Below, in pieces: positions 12,001 to 23,453 of a DNA stretch of 64,000 nt. The position numbers were made by a program, and so were the translations under genes. This DNA is from the human T2T-CHM13v2.0 reference genome, Homo sapiens. The notes beneath the pieces are model-generated. The model saw only the letters and a program-made list of their open reading frames with translations, was not told where the DNA came from and made no database searches. The stretch's first letter is position 1. The number at the start of each line of letters is the position of its first letter. The stretch lies in the NCBI RefSeq assembly GCF_009914755.1, contig NC_060926.1; one strand, given 5' to 3'.

Positions 12001-13650
12001 TGCCTAGCTTGGCTGGCCGGCTGGCTTGGCAGGCTGGCTGGCTTGGCTGGCTTGGCTCGCTGGCTGGCTGGCTGGCGGGCCTGGCTGGCTAGGTGGCTTG
12101 GCTGGCTTGGCTGGCTGGGTGGCTTGGCTGGTTTTGCTGGCTGGGAGGCTTGGCTGTCTTGGCTGGCTGGCTGGCTGACTGACTTGGCTGGCTTGGCTGG
12201 CTTGGCTGGCTTGGCTGGCTGGCTTGGATGGCCGGGTGGCTTGTCTGGCTTGGCTGGCCAGCTGGCTTAGCCGGCTGGATGGCTTGGCTGGCATGCCTGG
12301 CTTGGCTGGCTGGCTGGTTTTGCTGGCTTGGCTGCCTAGCTGGCTTGGCTGGCCTGCCTGGCTTTGCTTGCTGCCTGGCTTGGCTGGCTTGGCTGCCTGG
12401 CTGGCTTGGCTGGCATGCCTGTCTTGGCTGGCGGGCGGGCTTGACTGGCTTGGCTGGCTTGGCTGCCTGGCTGGCTTGGCTGGCTTGGCTAGCTGGCTGG
12501 CTGGCTGGCGGGCCTGGCTGGCTAGGTGGCTTGGCTGGCTTGGCTGGCTGGGTGGCTTGGCTGGTTTTGCTGGCTGGGAGGCTTGGCTGGCTTGGCTGGC
12601 TGGCTGGTTGACTGACTTGGCTGGCTTGGCTGGCTTGGCTGGCTGGCTTGGATGGCCGGGTGGCTTGTCTGGCTTGGCTGGCCAGCTGGCTTAGCCGGCT
12701 GGATGGCTTGGCTGGCATGCCTGGCTTGGCTGGGTGGCTGGTTTTGCTGGCTTGGCTGCCTGGCTGGCTTGGCTGGCCTGCCTGGCTTTGCTTGCTGCCT
12801 GGTTTGGCTGGCTTGGCTGCCTGGCTGGCTTGGCTGGCATGCCTGTCTTGGCTGGCTGGCGGGCTTGACTGGCTTGGCTGGCTTGGCTGCCTGGCTGGCT
12901 TGGCTGGCTTGGCTAGCTGGCTGGCTGGCTGGCGGGCCTGGCTGGCTAGGTGGCTTGGCTGGCTTGGCTGGCTGGGAGGATTGGCTGGCTTGGCTGGCTG
13001 GGAGGCTTGGCTGGCTTGGCTGGCTGGGTGGCTTGGCTGGCTTGGCTGGCTGGGAGGCTTCGCTGGCTTGGCTGTCTGGGAGGCTTGGCTGGCTGGGTGG
13101 CTGGCTGGCTTGGCTGGCTTGGCTGGCTTGGTTGGCTTGGGTGGCTGGCTGCCTGGCTGGCTGATTGGCTTGGCTGGCTTGGCTGGCTGGGTGTCTTGGC
13201 TGGCTGGGTGGCTTGGCTGGTTTGGCTAGCTTGCTGGCTGGGTAGCTTGGCTAGCTGGCTGGCTTGGCTGGTTGGCTGGCTTGGCTGGCTTGGCTAGCCG
13301 GCTGGCTTAGTTGGCTGGATGGCTTGGCTGGCATGCCTGGCTTGGCTGGCTGGCTGGCTTGGCTGGCTTGGCTGCCTGGCTGGCTTGGCTGACATGCCTG
13401 GCTTTGCTTGCTGGCTGGCTTGGCTGGCTTGGCTGCCTGGCTGGCTTGGCTAGCATGCCTGTCTTGGCTGGTTGGCGGGCTTGACTGGCTTGGCTGGCTT
13501 GGCTGGCTTGGCTGTCTGGGCTGGCTGACTGGCTTGGCTGGCTTGGACGGTCGGGTGACTTGGCTGGCTTGAGTGGCTGAGTGGATTGCCTAGCTTGGCT
13601 GGCCGGCTGGCTTGGCAGGCTGGCTGGCTTGGCTGGCTTGGCTCGCTGGC
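1..13650. repeat. 7,055-bp internal tandem duplication within the HOR (also at ~23454-37100)
   Basis: ORFs repeat at +7,055 (790>7845, 3007>10062, 5593>12648). Distinguishing bases noticed: 479 T vs 7534 C; 4209 T vs 11264 C. Confidence 0.93.
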
Positions 13651-16600
13651 TGGCTGGCTGGCGGGCCTGGCTGGCTAGGTGGCTTGGCTGGCTTGGCTGG
13701 CTGGGTGGCTTGGCTGGTTTTGCTGGCTGGGAGGCTTGTCTGTCTTGGCTGGCTGGCTGGCTGACTGACTTGGCTGGCTTGGCTGGCTTGGCTGGTTTGG
13801 CTGGCTGGCTTGGATGGCCGGGTGGCTTGTCTGGCTTGGCTGGCCAGCTGGCTTAGCCGGCTGGATGGCTTGGCTGGCATGCCTGGCTTGGCTGGCTGGC
13901 TGGTTTTTCTGGCTTGGCTGTCTAGCTGGCTTGGCTGGCCTGCCTGGCTTTGCTTGCTGCCTGGCTTGGCTGGCTTGGCTGCCTGGCTAGCTTGGCTGGC
14001 ATGCCTGTCTTGGCTGGCTGGCGGGCTTGACTGGCTTGGCTGGCTTGGCTGCCTGGCTGGCTTGGCTGGCTTGGCTAGCTGGCTGGATGGCTGGCGGTCC
14101 TGGCTGGCTAGGTGGCTTGGCTGGCTTGGCTGGCTGGGAGGCTTGGCTGGCTTGGCTGGCTGGGAGGCTTGGCTGGCTTGGCTGGCTGGGTGGCTTGGCT
14201 GGCTTGGCTGGCTGGGAGGCTTGGCTGGCTTGGCTGGCTGGGTGGCTTGGCTGGCTGGGTGGCTTGGCTGGCTTGGCTAGCTGGCTGGCTGGGTAGCTTG
14301 GCTAGCTGGCTGGCTTGGCTGGTTGGCTGGCTTGGCTGGCTTGGCTAGCCGGCTGGCTTAGTTGGCTGGATGGCTTGGCTGGCATGCCTGGCTTGGCTGG
14401 CTGGCTGGCGTGGCTGGCTTGGCTGCCTGGCTGGCTTGGCTGACATGCCTGATTTTGCTTGCTGGCTGGCTTGGCTGGCTTGGCTGCCTGGCTGGCTTGG
14501 CTGCCTGGCTGGCTTGGCTAGCATGCCTGTCTTGGCTGGTTGGCGGGCTTGGCTGGCTTGGCTGGCTTGGCTGGCTTGGCTGTCTGGGCTGGCTGACTGG
14601 CTTGGCTGGCTTGGATGGTCGGGTGACTTGGCTGGCTTGAGTGGCTGAGTGGTTTGCCTAGCTTGGCTGGCCGGCTGGCTTGGCAGGCTGGCTGGCTTGG
14701 CTGGCTTGGCTCGCTGGCTGGCTGGCTGGCGGGCCTGGCTGGCTAGGTGGCTTGGCTGGCTTGGCTGGCTGGGTGGCTTGGCTGGTTTTGCTGGCTGGGA
14801 GGCTTGGCTGGCTTGGCTGGCTGGCTGCTTGACTGACTTGGCCGGCTTGGCTGGCTTGGCTGGCTTGGCTGGCTGGCCGGGTGGCTTGTCTGGCTTGGCT
14901 GGCCAGCTGGCTTACCCGGCTGGATGGCTTGGCTGGCATGCCTGGCTTGGCTGGCTGGCTGGTTTTGCTGGCTTGGCTGCCTGGCTGGCTTGGCTGGCCT
15001 GCCTGGCTTTGCTTGCTGCCTGGCTTGGCTGGCTTGGCTGCCTGGCTGGCTTGGCTGGCATGCCTGTCTTGGCTGGCTGGCGGGCTTGACTGGCTTGGCT
15101 GGCTTGGCTGCCTGGCTGGCTTGGCTGGCTTGGCTAGCTGGCTGGCTGGGTAGCTTGGCTAGCTGGCTGGCTTGGCTGGTTGGCTGGCTTGGCTGGCTTG
15201 GCTAGCCGGCTGGCTTAGTTGGCTGGATGGCTTGGCTGGCATGCCTGGCTTGGCTGGCTGGCTGGCTTGGCTGGCTTGGCTGCCTGGCTGGCTTGGCTGA
15301 CATGCCTGGCTTTGCTTGCTGGCTGGCTTGGCTGGCTTGGCTGCCTGGCTGGCTTGGCTAGCATGCCTGTCTTGGCTGGTTGGCGGGCTTGGCTGGCTTG
15401 GCTGGCTTGGCTGGCTTGGCTGTCTGGGCTGGCTGACTGGCTTGGCTGGCTTGGATGGTCGGGTGACTTGGCTGGCTTGAGTGGCTGAGTGGATTGCCTA
15501 GCTTGGCTGGCCGGCTGGCTTGGCAGGCTGGCTGGCTTGGCTGGCTTGGCTCGCTGGCTGGCTGGCTGGCGGGCCTGGCTGGCTAGGTGGCTTGGCTGGC
15601 TTGGCTGGCTGGGTGGCTTGGCTGGTTTTGCTGGCTGGGAGGCTTGGCTGGCTTGGCTGGCTGGCTGGCTGACTGACTTGGCTGGCTTGGCTGGCTTGGC
15701 TGGCTGGCTTGGATGGCCGGGTGGCTTCTCTGGCTTGGCTGGCCAGCTGGCTTAGCCGGCTGGATGGCTTGGCTGGCATGCCTGGCTTGGCTGGCTGGCT
15801 GGTTTTGCTGGCTTGGCTGCCTGGCTGGCTTGGCTGGCCTGCCTGGCTTTGCTTGCTGCCTGGCTTGGCTGGCTTGGCTGCCTGGCTGGCTTGGCTGGCA
15901 TGCCTGTCTTGGCTGGCTGGCAGGCTTGACTGGCTTGGCTGGCTTGGCTGCCTGGCTGGCTTGGCTGGCTTGGCTAGCTGGCTGGCTGGCTGGCGGGCCT
16001 GGCTGGCTAGGTGGCTTGGCTGGCTTGGCTGACTGGGTGGCTTGGCTGGCTTGGCTGGCTGGGAGGCTTGGCTGGCTTGGCTGGCTGGGTGGCTTGGCTG
16101 GCTTGGCTGGCTGGGTGGCTGGCTGGCTTGGCTGGCTTGGCTGGCTTGGCTGGCTTGGGTGGCTGGCTGCCTGGCTGGCTGATTGTCTTGGCTGGCTTGG
16201 CTGGCTGGGTGGCTTGGCTGGTTTGGCTAGCTTGCTGGCTGGGTAGCTTGGCTAGCTGGCTGGCTTGGCTGGTTGGCTGGCTTGGCTGGCTTGGCTAGCC
16301 GGCTGGCTTAGTTGGCTGGATGGCTTGGCTGGCATGCCTGGCTTGGCTGGCTGGCTGGCTTGGCTGACATGCCTGATTTTGCTTGCTGGCTGGCTTGGCT
16401 AGCTGGCTGGCTGGCTGGCGGGCCTGGCTGGCTAGGTGGCTTGGCTGGCTTGGCTGGCTGGGTGGCTTGGCTGGCTTGGCTGGCTGGGTGGCTTGGCTGG
16501 CTTGGCTGGCTGGGAGGCTTGGCTGGCTGGCGGGCTTGACTGGCTTGGCTGGCTTGGCTGCCTGGCTGGCTTGGCTGGCTTCGCTAGCTGGCTGGCTGGC

Positions 16601-19600
16601 TGGCGGGCTTGGCTGGCTAGGTGGCTTGGCTGGCTTGGCTGGCTGGCAGGCTTGGCTGGCTTGGCTGGCTGGGAGGCTTGGCTGGCTTGGCTGGCTGGGT
16701 GGCTTGGCTGGCTTGGCTGGCTGGGAGGCTTGGCTGGGTTGGCTGGCTGGGTGGCTTGGCTGGCTTGGCTGGCTGGGTGGCTGGCTGGCTTGGCTGGCTT
16801 TGCTGCCTTGGCTGGCTTGGGTGGCTGACTGCCTGGCTGGCTTGGCTGGCTTGGCTAGCTGGCTGGCTGGCTGGCGGTCCTGGCTGGCTAGGTGGCTTGG
16901 CTGGCTTGGCTGGCTGGGTGGCTGGCTGGCTTGGCTGGCTTGGGTGGCTGGCTGCCTGGCTGGCTGTTTGGCTTGGCTGGCTTGGCTGGCTGGGTGGCTT
17001 GGCTGGTTTGGCTAGCTGGCTGGCTGGGTAGCTTGGCTAGCTGGCTGGCTTGGCTGGTTGGCTGGCTTGGCTGGCTTGGCTAGCCGGCTGGCTTAGTTGG
17101 CTGGATGGCTTGGCTGGCATGCCTGGCTTGGCTGGCTGGCTGGCTTGGCTGGCTTGGCTGCCTGGCTGGTTTGGCTGACATGCCTGGCTTTGCTTGCTGT
17201 CTGGCTTGGCTGGGTTGGCTGCCTGGCTGGCTTGGCTGGCTTGGCTAGCTGGCTGGCTGGCTAGCGGGCCTGGCTGGCTAGGTGGCTTGGCTGGCTTGGC
17301 TGGCTGGGTGGCTTGGCTGTCTTGGCTGGCTGGGAGGCTTGGCTGGCTTGGCTGGCTGGGAGGCTTGGCTGGCTGGGTGGCTGGCTGGCTTGGCTGGCTT
17401 GGCTGGCTTGGCTGGCTTGGGTGGCTGGCTGCCTGGCTGGCTGATGGGCTTGGCTGGCTTGGCTGGCTGGGTGGCTTGGCTGGCTGGGTGGCTTGGCTGG
17501 TTTGGCTAGCTGGCTGGCTGGGTAGCTTGGCTAGCCGGCTGGCTTGGCTGGTTGGCTGGCTTGGCTGGCTTGGCTAGCCGGCTGGCTTAGTTGGCTGGAT
17601 GGCTTGGCTGGCATGCCTGGCTTGGCTGGCTGGCTGGCGTGGCTGGCTTGGCTGCCTGGCTGGCTTGGCTGACATGCCTGGCTTTGCTTGCTGGCTGGCT
17701 TGGCTGGCTTGGCTGCCTGCCTGGCTTGGCTGCCTGGCTGGCTTGGCTAGCATGCCTGTCTTGGCTGGTTGGCGGGCTTGGCTGGCTTGGCTGGCTTGGC
17801 TGGCTTGGCTGTCTGGGCTGGCTGACTGGCTTGGCTGGCTTGGATGTTCGGGTGACTTGGCTGGCTTGAGTGGCTGAGAGGATTGCCTAGCTTGGCTGGC
17901 CGGCTGGCTTGGCAGGCTGGCTGGCTTGGCTGGCTTGGCTCGCTGGCTGGCTGGCTGGCTGGCTGGCGGGCCTGGCTGGCTAGGTGGCTTGGCTGGCTTG
18001 GCTGGCTGGGTGGCTTGGCTGGTTTTGCTGGCTGGGAGGCTTGGCTGGCTTGGCTGGCTGGCTGGCTGACTGACTTGGCTGGCTTGGCTGGCTTGGCTGG
18101 CTGGCTTGGATGGCCGGGTGGCTTGTCTGGCTTGGCTGGCCAGCTGGCTTAGCCGCCTGGATGGCTTGGCTGGCATGCCTGGCTTGGCTGGCTGGCTGGT
18201 TTTGCTGGCTTGGCTGCCTGGCTGGCTTGGCTGGCCTGCCTGGCTTTGCTTGCTGCCTGGCTTGGCTGGCTTGGCTGCCTGGCTGGCTTGGCTGGCATGC
18301 CTGTCTTGGCTGGCTGGCGGGCTTGACTGGCTTGGCTGGCTTGGCTGCCTGGCTGGCTTGGCTGGCTTGGCTAGCTGGCTGGCTGGCTGGCGGGCCTGGC
18401 TGGCTAGGTGGCTTGGCTGGCTTGGCTGGCTGGGTGGCTTGTCTGGCTTGGCTGGCTGTGAGGCTTGGCTGGCTTGGCTGGCTGGGAGGCTTCGCTGGCT
18501 GGGTGGCTGGCTGGCTTGGCTGGCTTGGCTGGCTTGGGTGGCTGGCTGCCTGGCTGGCTGATGGGCTTGGCTGGCTTGGCTGGCTGGGTGGCTTGGCTGG
18601 CTGGGTGGCTTGGCTGGTTTGGCTAGCTGGCTGGCTGGGTAGCTTGGCTAGCTGGCTGGCTTGGCTGGTTGGCTGGCTTGGCTGGCTTGGCTAGCCGGCT
18701 GGCTTAGTTGGCTGGATGGCTTGGCTGGCATGCCTGGCTTGGCTGGCGTGGCTGGCTTGGCTGCCTAGCTGGCTTGGCTGACATGCCTGGCTTTGCTTGC
18801 TGGCTGGCTTGGCTGGCTTGGCTGCCTGGCTGGCTTGGCTGTCTGGCTGGCTTGGCTAGCATGCCTGTCTTGGCTGGTTGGCGGGCTTGGCTGGCTTGGC
18901 TGGCTTGGCTGGCTTGGCTGTCTGGGCTGGCTGACTGGCTTGGCTGGCTTGGATGGTCGGGTGACTTGGCTGGCTTGAGTGGCTCAGTGGATTGCCTAGC
19001 TTGGCTGGCCGGCTGGCTTGGCAGGCTGGCTGGCTTGGCTGGCTGGGTGGCTTGGCTGGTTTTGCTGGCTGGGAGGCTTGGCTGGCTTGGCTGGCTGGCT
19101 GGTTGACTGACTTGGCTGGCTTGGCTGGCTTGGCTGGCTTGGCTGGCTGGCTTGGATGGCCGGGTGGCTTGTCTGGCTTGGCTGGCCAGCTGGCTTAGCC
19201 GGCTGGATGGCTTGGCTGGCATGCCTGGCTTGGCTGGCTGGCTGGTTTTGCTGGCTTGGCTGCCTAGCTGGCTTGGCTGGCCTGCCTGGCTTTGCTTGCT
19301 GCCTGGCTTGGCTGGCTTGGCTGCCTGGCTGGCTTGGCTGGCATGCCTGTCTTGGCTGGCTGGCGGGCTTGACTGGCTTGGCTGGCTTGGCTGCCTGGCT
19401 GGCTTGGCTGGCTTGGCTAGCTGGCTGGCTGGCTGGCGGGCCTGGCTGGCTAGGTGGCTTGGCTGGCTTGGCTGGCTGGGTGGCTTGGCTTGCTTGGCTG
19501 GCTGGGAGGCTTGGCTGGCTTGGCTGGCTGGGAGGCTTGGCTGGCTGGGTGGCTGGCTGGCTTGCCTGGCTTTGCTGGCTTGGCTGGCTTGGGTGGCTGG

Positions 19601-22600
19601 CTGCCTGGCTGGCTGATGGGCTTGGCTGGCTTGGCTGGCTGGGTGGCTTGGCTGGTTTGGCTAGCTGGCTGGCTGGGTAGCTTGGCTAGCCGGCTGGCTT
19701 GGCTGGTTGGCTGGCTTGGCTGGCTTGGCTGGCTTGGCTGTCTGGGCTGGCTGACTGGCTTGGCTGGCTTGGATGTTCGGGTGACTTGGCTGGCTTGAGT
19801 GGCTGAGTGGATTGCCTAGCTTGGCTGGCCGGCTGGCTTGGCAGGCTGGCTGGCTTGGCTGGCTTGGCTCGCTGGCTGGCTGGCTGGCTGGCTGGCGGGC
19901 CTGGCTGGCTAGGTGGCTTGGCTGGCTTGGCTGGCTGGGTGGCTTGGCTGGTTTTGCTGGCTGGGAGGCTTGGCTGGCTTGGCTGGCTGGCTGGCTGACT
20001 GACTTGGCTGGCTTGGCTGGCTTGGCTGGCTGGCTTGGATGGCCGGGTGGCTTGTCTGGCTTGGCTGGCCAGCTGGCTTAGCCGGGGGGATGGCTTGGCT
20101 GGCATGCCTGGCTTGGCTGGCTGGCTGGTTTTTCTGGCTTGGCTGCCTAGCTGGCTTGGCTGGCCTGCCTGGCTTTGCTTGCTGCCTGGCTTGGCTGGCT
20201 TGGCTGCCTGGCTGGCTTGGCTGGCATGCCTGTCTTGGCTGCCTGGCGGGCTTGACTGGCTTGGCTGGCTTGGCTGCCTGGCTGGCTTGGCTGGCTTGGC
20301 TGGCTAGGTGGCTTGGCTGGTTTGGCTAGCTGGCTGGCTGGGTAGCTTGGCTAGCCGGCTGGCTTGGCTGGTTGGCTGGCTTGGCTGGCTTGGCTAGCCG
20401 GCTGGCTTAGTTGGCTGGATGGCTTGGCTGGCATGCCTGGCTTGGCTGGCTGGCTGGCGTGGCTGGCTTGGCTGCCTGGCTGGCTTGGCTGACATGCCTG
20501 GCTTTGCTTGCTGGCTGGCTTGGCTGGCTTGGCTGCCTGCCTGGCTTGGCTGCCTGGCTGGCTTGGCTAGCATGCCTGTCTTGGCTGGTTGGCGGGCTTG
20601 GCTGGCTTGGCTGGCTTGGCTGGCTTGGCTGTCTGGGCTGGCTGACTGGCTTGGCTGGCTTGGATGTTCGGGTGACTTGGCTGGCTTCAGTGGCTGAGAG
20701 GATTGCCTAGCTTGGCTGGCCGGCTGGCTTGGCAGGCTGGCTGGCTTGGCTGGCTTGGCTCGCTGGCTGGCTGGCTGGCTGGCTGGCGGGCCTGGCTGGC
20801 TAGGTGGCTTGGCTGGCTTGGCTGGCTGGGTGGCTTGGCTGGTTTTGCTGGCTGGGAGGCTTGGCTGGCTTGGCTGGCTGGCTGGCTGACTGACTTGGCT
20901 GGCTTGGCTGGCTTGGCTGGCTGGCTTGGATGGCCGGGTGGCTTGTCTGGCTTGGCTGGCCAGCTGGCTTAGCCGCCTGGATGGCTTGGCTGGCATGCCT
21001 GGCTTGGCTGGCTGGCTGGTTTTTCTGGCTTGGCTGCCTAGCTGGCTTGGCTGGCCTGCCTGGCTTTGCTTGCTGCCTGGCTTGGCTGGCTTGGCTGCCT
21101 GGCTGGCTTGGCTTGCATGCCTGTCTTGGCTGGCTGGCGGGCTTGACTGGCTTGGCTGGCTTGGCTGCCTGGCTGGCTTGGCTGGCTTGGCTAGCTGGCT
21201 GGCTGGCTGGCGGGCCTGGCTGGCTAGGTGGCTTGGCTGGCTTGGCTGGCTGGGTGGCTTGGCTGGCTTGGCTGGCTGGGAGGCTTGGCTGGCTTGGCTG
21301 GCTGGGAGGCTTGGCTGGCTGGGTGGCTGGCTGGCTTGGCTGGCTTGGCTGGCTTGGGTGGCTGGCTGCCTGGCTGGCTGATGGGCTTGGCTGGCTTGGC
21401 TGGCTGGGTGGCTTGGCTGGCTGGGTGGCTTGGCTGGTTTGGCTAGCTGGCTGGCTGGGTAGCTTGGCTAGCTGGCTGGCTTGGCTGGTTGGCTGGCTTG
21501 GCTGGCTTGGCTAGCCGGCTGGCTTAGTTGGCTGGATGGCTTGGCTGGCATGCCTGGCTTGGCTGGCTGGCTGGCTTGGCTGCCTAGCTGGCTTGGCTCA
21601 CATGCCTGGCTTTGCTTGCTGGCTGGCTTGGCTGGCTTGGCTGCCTGGCTGGCTTGGCTGTCTGGCTGGCTTGGCTACCATGCCTGTCTTGGCTGGTTGG
21701 CGGGCTTGGCTGGCTTGGCTGGCTTGGCTGGCTTGGCTGTCTGGGCTGGCTGACTGGCTTGGCTGGCTTGGATGGTCGGGTGACTTGGCTGGCTTGAGTG
21801 GCTCAGTGGATTGCCTAGCTTGGCTGGCCGGCTGGCTTGGCAGGCTGGCTGGCTTGGCTGGCTTGGCTCGCTGGCTGGCTGGCTGGCGGGCCTGGCTGGC
21901 TAAGTGGCTTGGCTGGCTTGGCTGGCTGGGTGGCTTGGCTGGTTTTGCAGGCTGTGAGGCTTGGCTGGCTTGGCTGGCTGGCTGGCTGACTGACTTGGCT
22001 GGCTTGGCTGGCTTGGCTGGCTGGCTTGGATGGCCCGGTGGCTTGTCTGGCTTGGCTGGCCAGCTGGCTTAGCCGGCTGGATGGCTTGGCTGGCATGCCT
22101 GGCTTGGCTGGCTGGCTGGTTTTTCTGGCTTGGCTGCCTAGCTGGCTTGGCTGGCCTGCCTGGCTTTGCTTGCTGCCTGGCTTGGCTGGCTTGGCTGCCT
22201 GGCTGGCTTGGCTGGCATGCCTGTCTTGGCTGGCTGGCGGGCTTGACTGGCTTGACTGGCTTGGCTGCCTGGCTGGCTTGGCTGGCTTGGCTAGCTGGCT
22301 GGCTGGCTGGCGGGCCTGGCTGGCTAGGTGGCTTGGCTGGCTTGGCTGGCTGGGTGGCTTGGCTGGCTTGGCTGGCTGGGAGGCTTGGCTGGCTTGGCTG
22401 GCTGGGAGGCTTGGCTGGCTGGGTGGCTGGCTGGCTTGGCTGGCTTGGCTGGCTTGGCTGGCTTGGGTGGCTGGCTGCCTGGCTGGCTGATTGGCTTGGC
22501 CGGCTTGGCTGGCTGGGTGGCTTGGCTGGCTGGGTGGCTTGGCTGGTTTGGCTAGCTTGCTGGCTGGGTAGCTTGGCTAGCTGGCTGGCTTGGCTGGTTG

Positions 22601-23453
22601 GCTGGCTTGGCTGGCTTGGCTAGCCGGCTGGCTTAGTTGGCTGGATGGCTTGGCTGGCATGCCTGGCTTGGCTGGCTGGCTGGCTTGGCTGGCTTGGCTG
22701 CCTGGCTGGCTTGGCTGACATGCCTGGCTTTGCTTGCTGGCTGGCTTGGCTGGCTTGGCTGCCTGGCTGGCTTGGCTGCCTGGCTGGCTTGGCTAGCATT
22801 CCTGTCTTGGCTGGTTGGCGGGCTTGGCTGGCTTGGCTGGCTTGGCTGGCTTGGCTGTCTGGGCTGGCTGACTGGCTTGGTTGGCTTGGATGGTCGGGTG
22901 ACTTGGCTGGCTTGAGTGGCTGAGTGGATTGCCTAGCTTGGCTGGCCGGCTGGCTTGGCAGGCTGGCTGGCTTGGCTGGCTTGGCTGGCTGGCTGGCTGG
23001 TTGGCAGGCCTGGCTGGCTAGGTGGCTTGGCTGGCTTGGCTGGCTGGGTGGCTTGGATGGTTTTGCTGGCTGGGAGGCTTGGCTGGCTTGGCTGGCTGGC
23101 TGGTTGACTGACTTGGCTGGCTTGGCTGGCTTGGCTGGCTTGGCTGGCTGGCTTGGATGGCCGGGTGGCTTGTCTGGCTTGGCTGGCCAGCTGGCTTAGC
23201 CGGCTGGATGGCTTGGCTGGCATGCCTGGCTTGGCTGGCTGGCTGGTTTTGCTGGCTTGGCTGCCTAGCTGGCTTGGCTGGCCTGCCTGGCTTTGCTTGC
23301 TGCCTGGCTTGGCTGGCTTGGCTGCCTGGCTGGCTTGGCTGGCATGCCTGTCTTGGCTGGCTGGCGGGCTTGACTGGCTTGGCTGGCTTGGCTGCCTGGC
23401 TGGCTTGGCTGGCTTGGCTAGCTGGCTGGCTGGGTGGCGGGCCTGGCTGGCTA
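1..23453. repeat. Higher-order repeat copy A (23,453 bp; phase set arbitrarily by the window start)
   Basis: ORF-track entries from 2 to ~15219 recur identically at +23,453 (e.g. 2>23455, 790>24243, 13810>37263). Confidence 0.95.
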
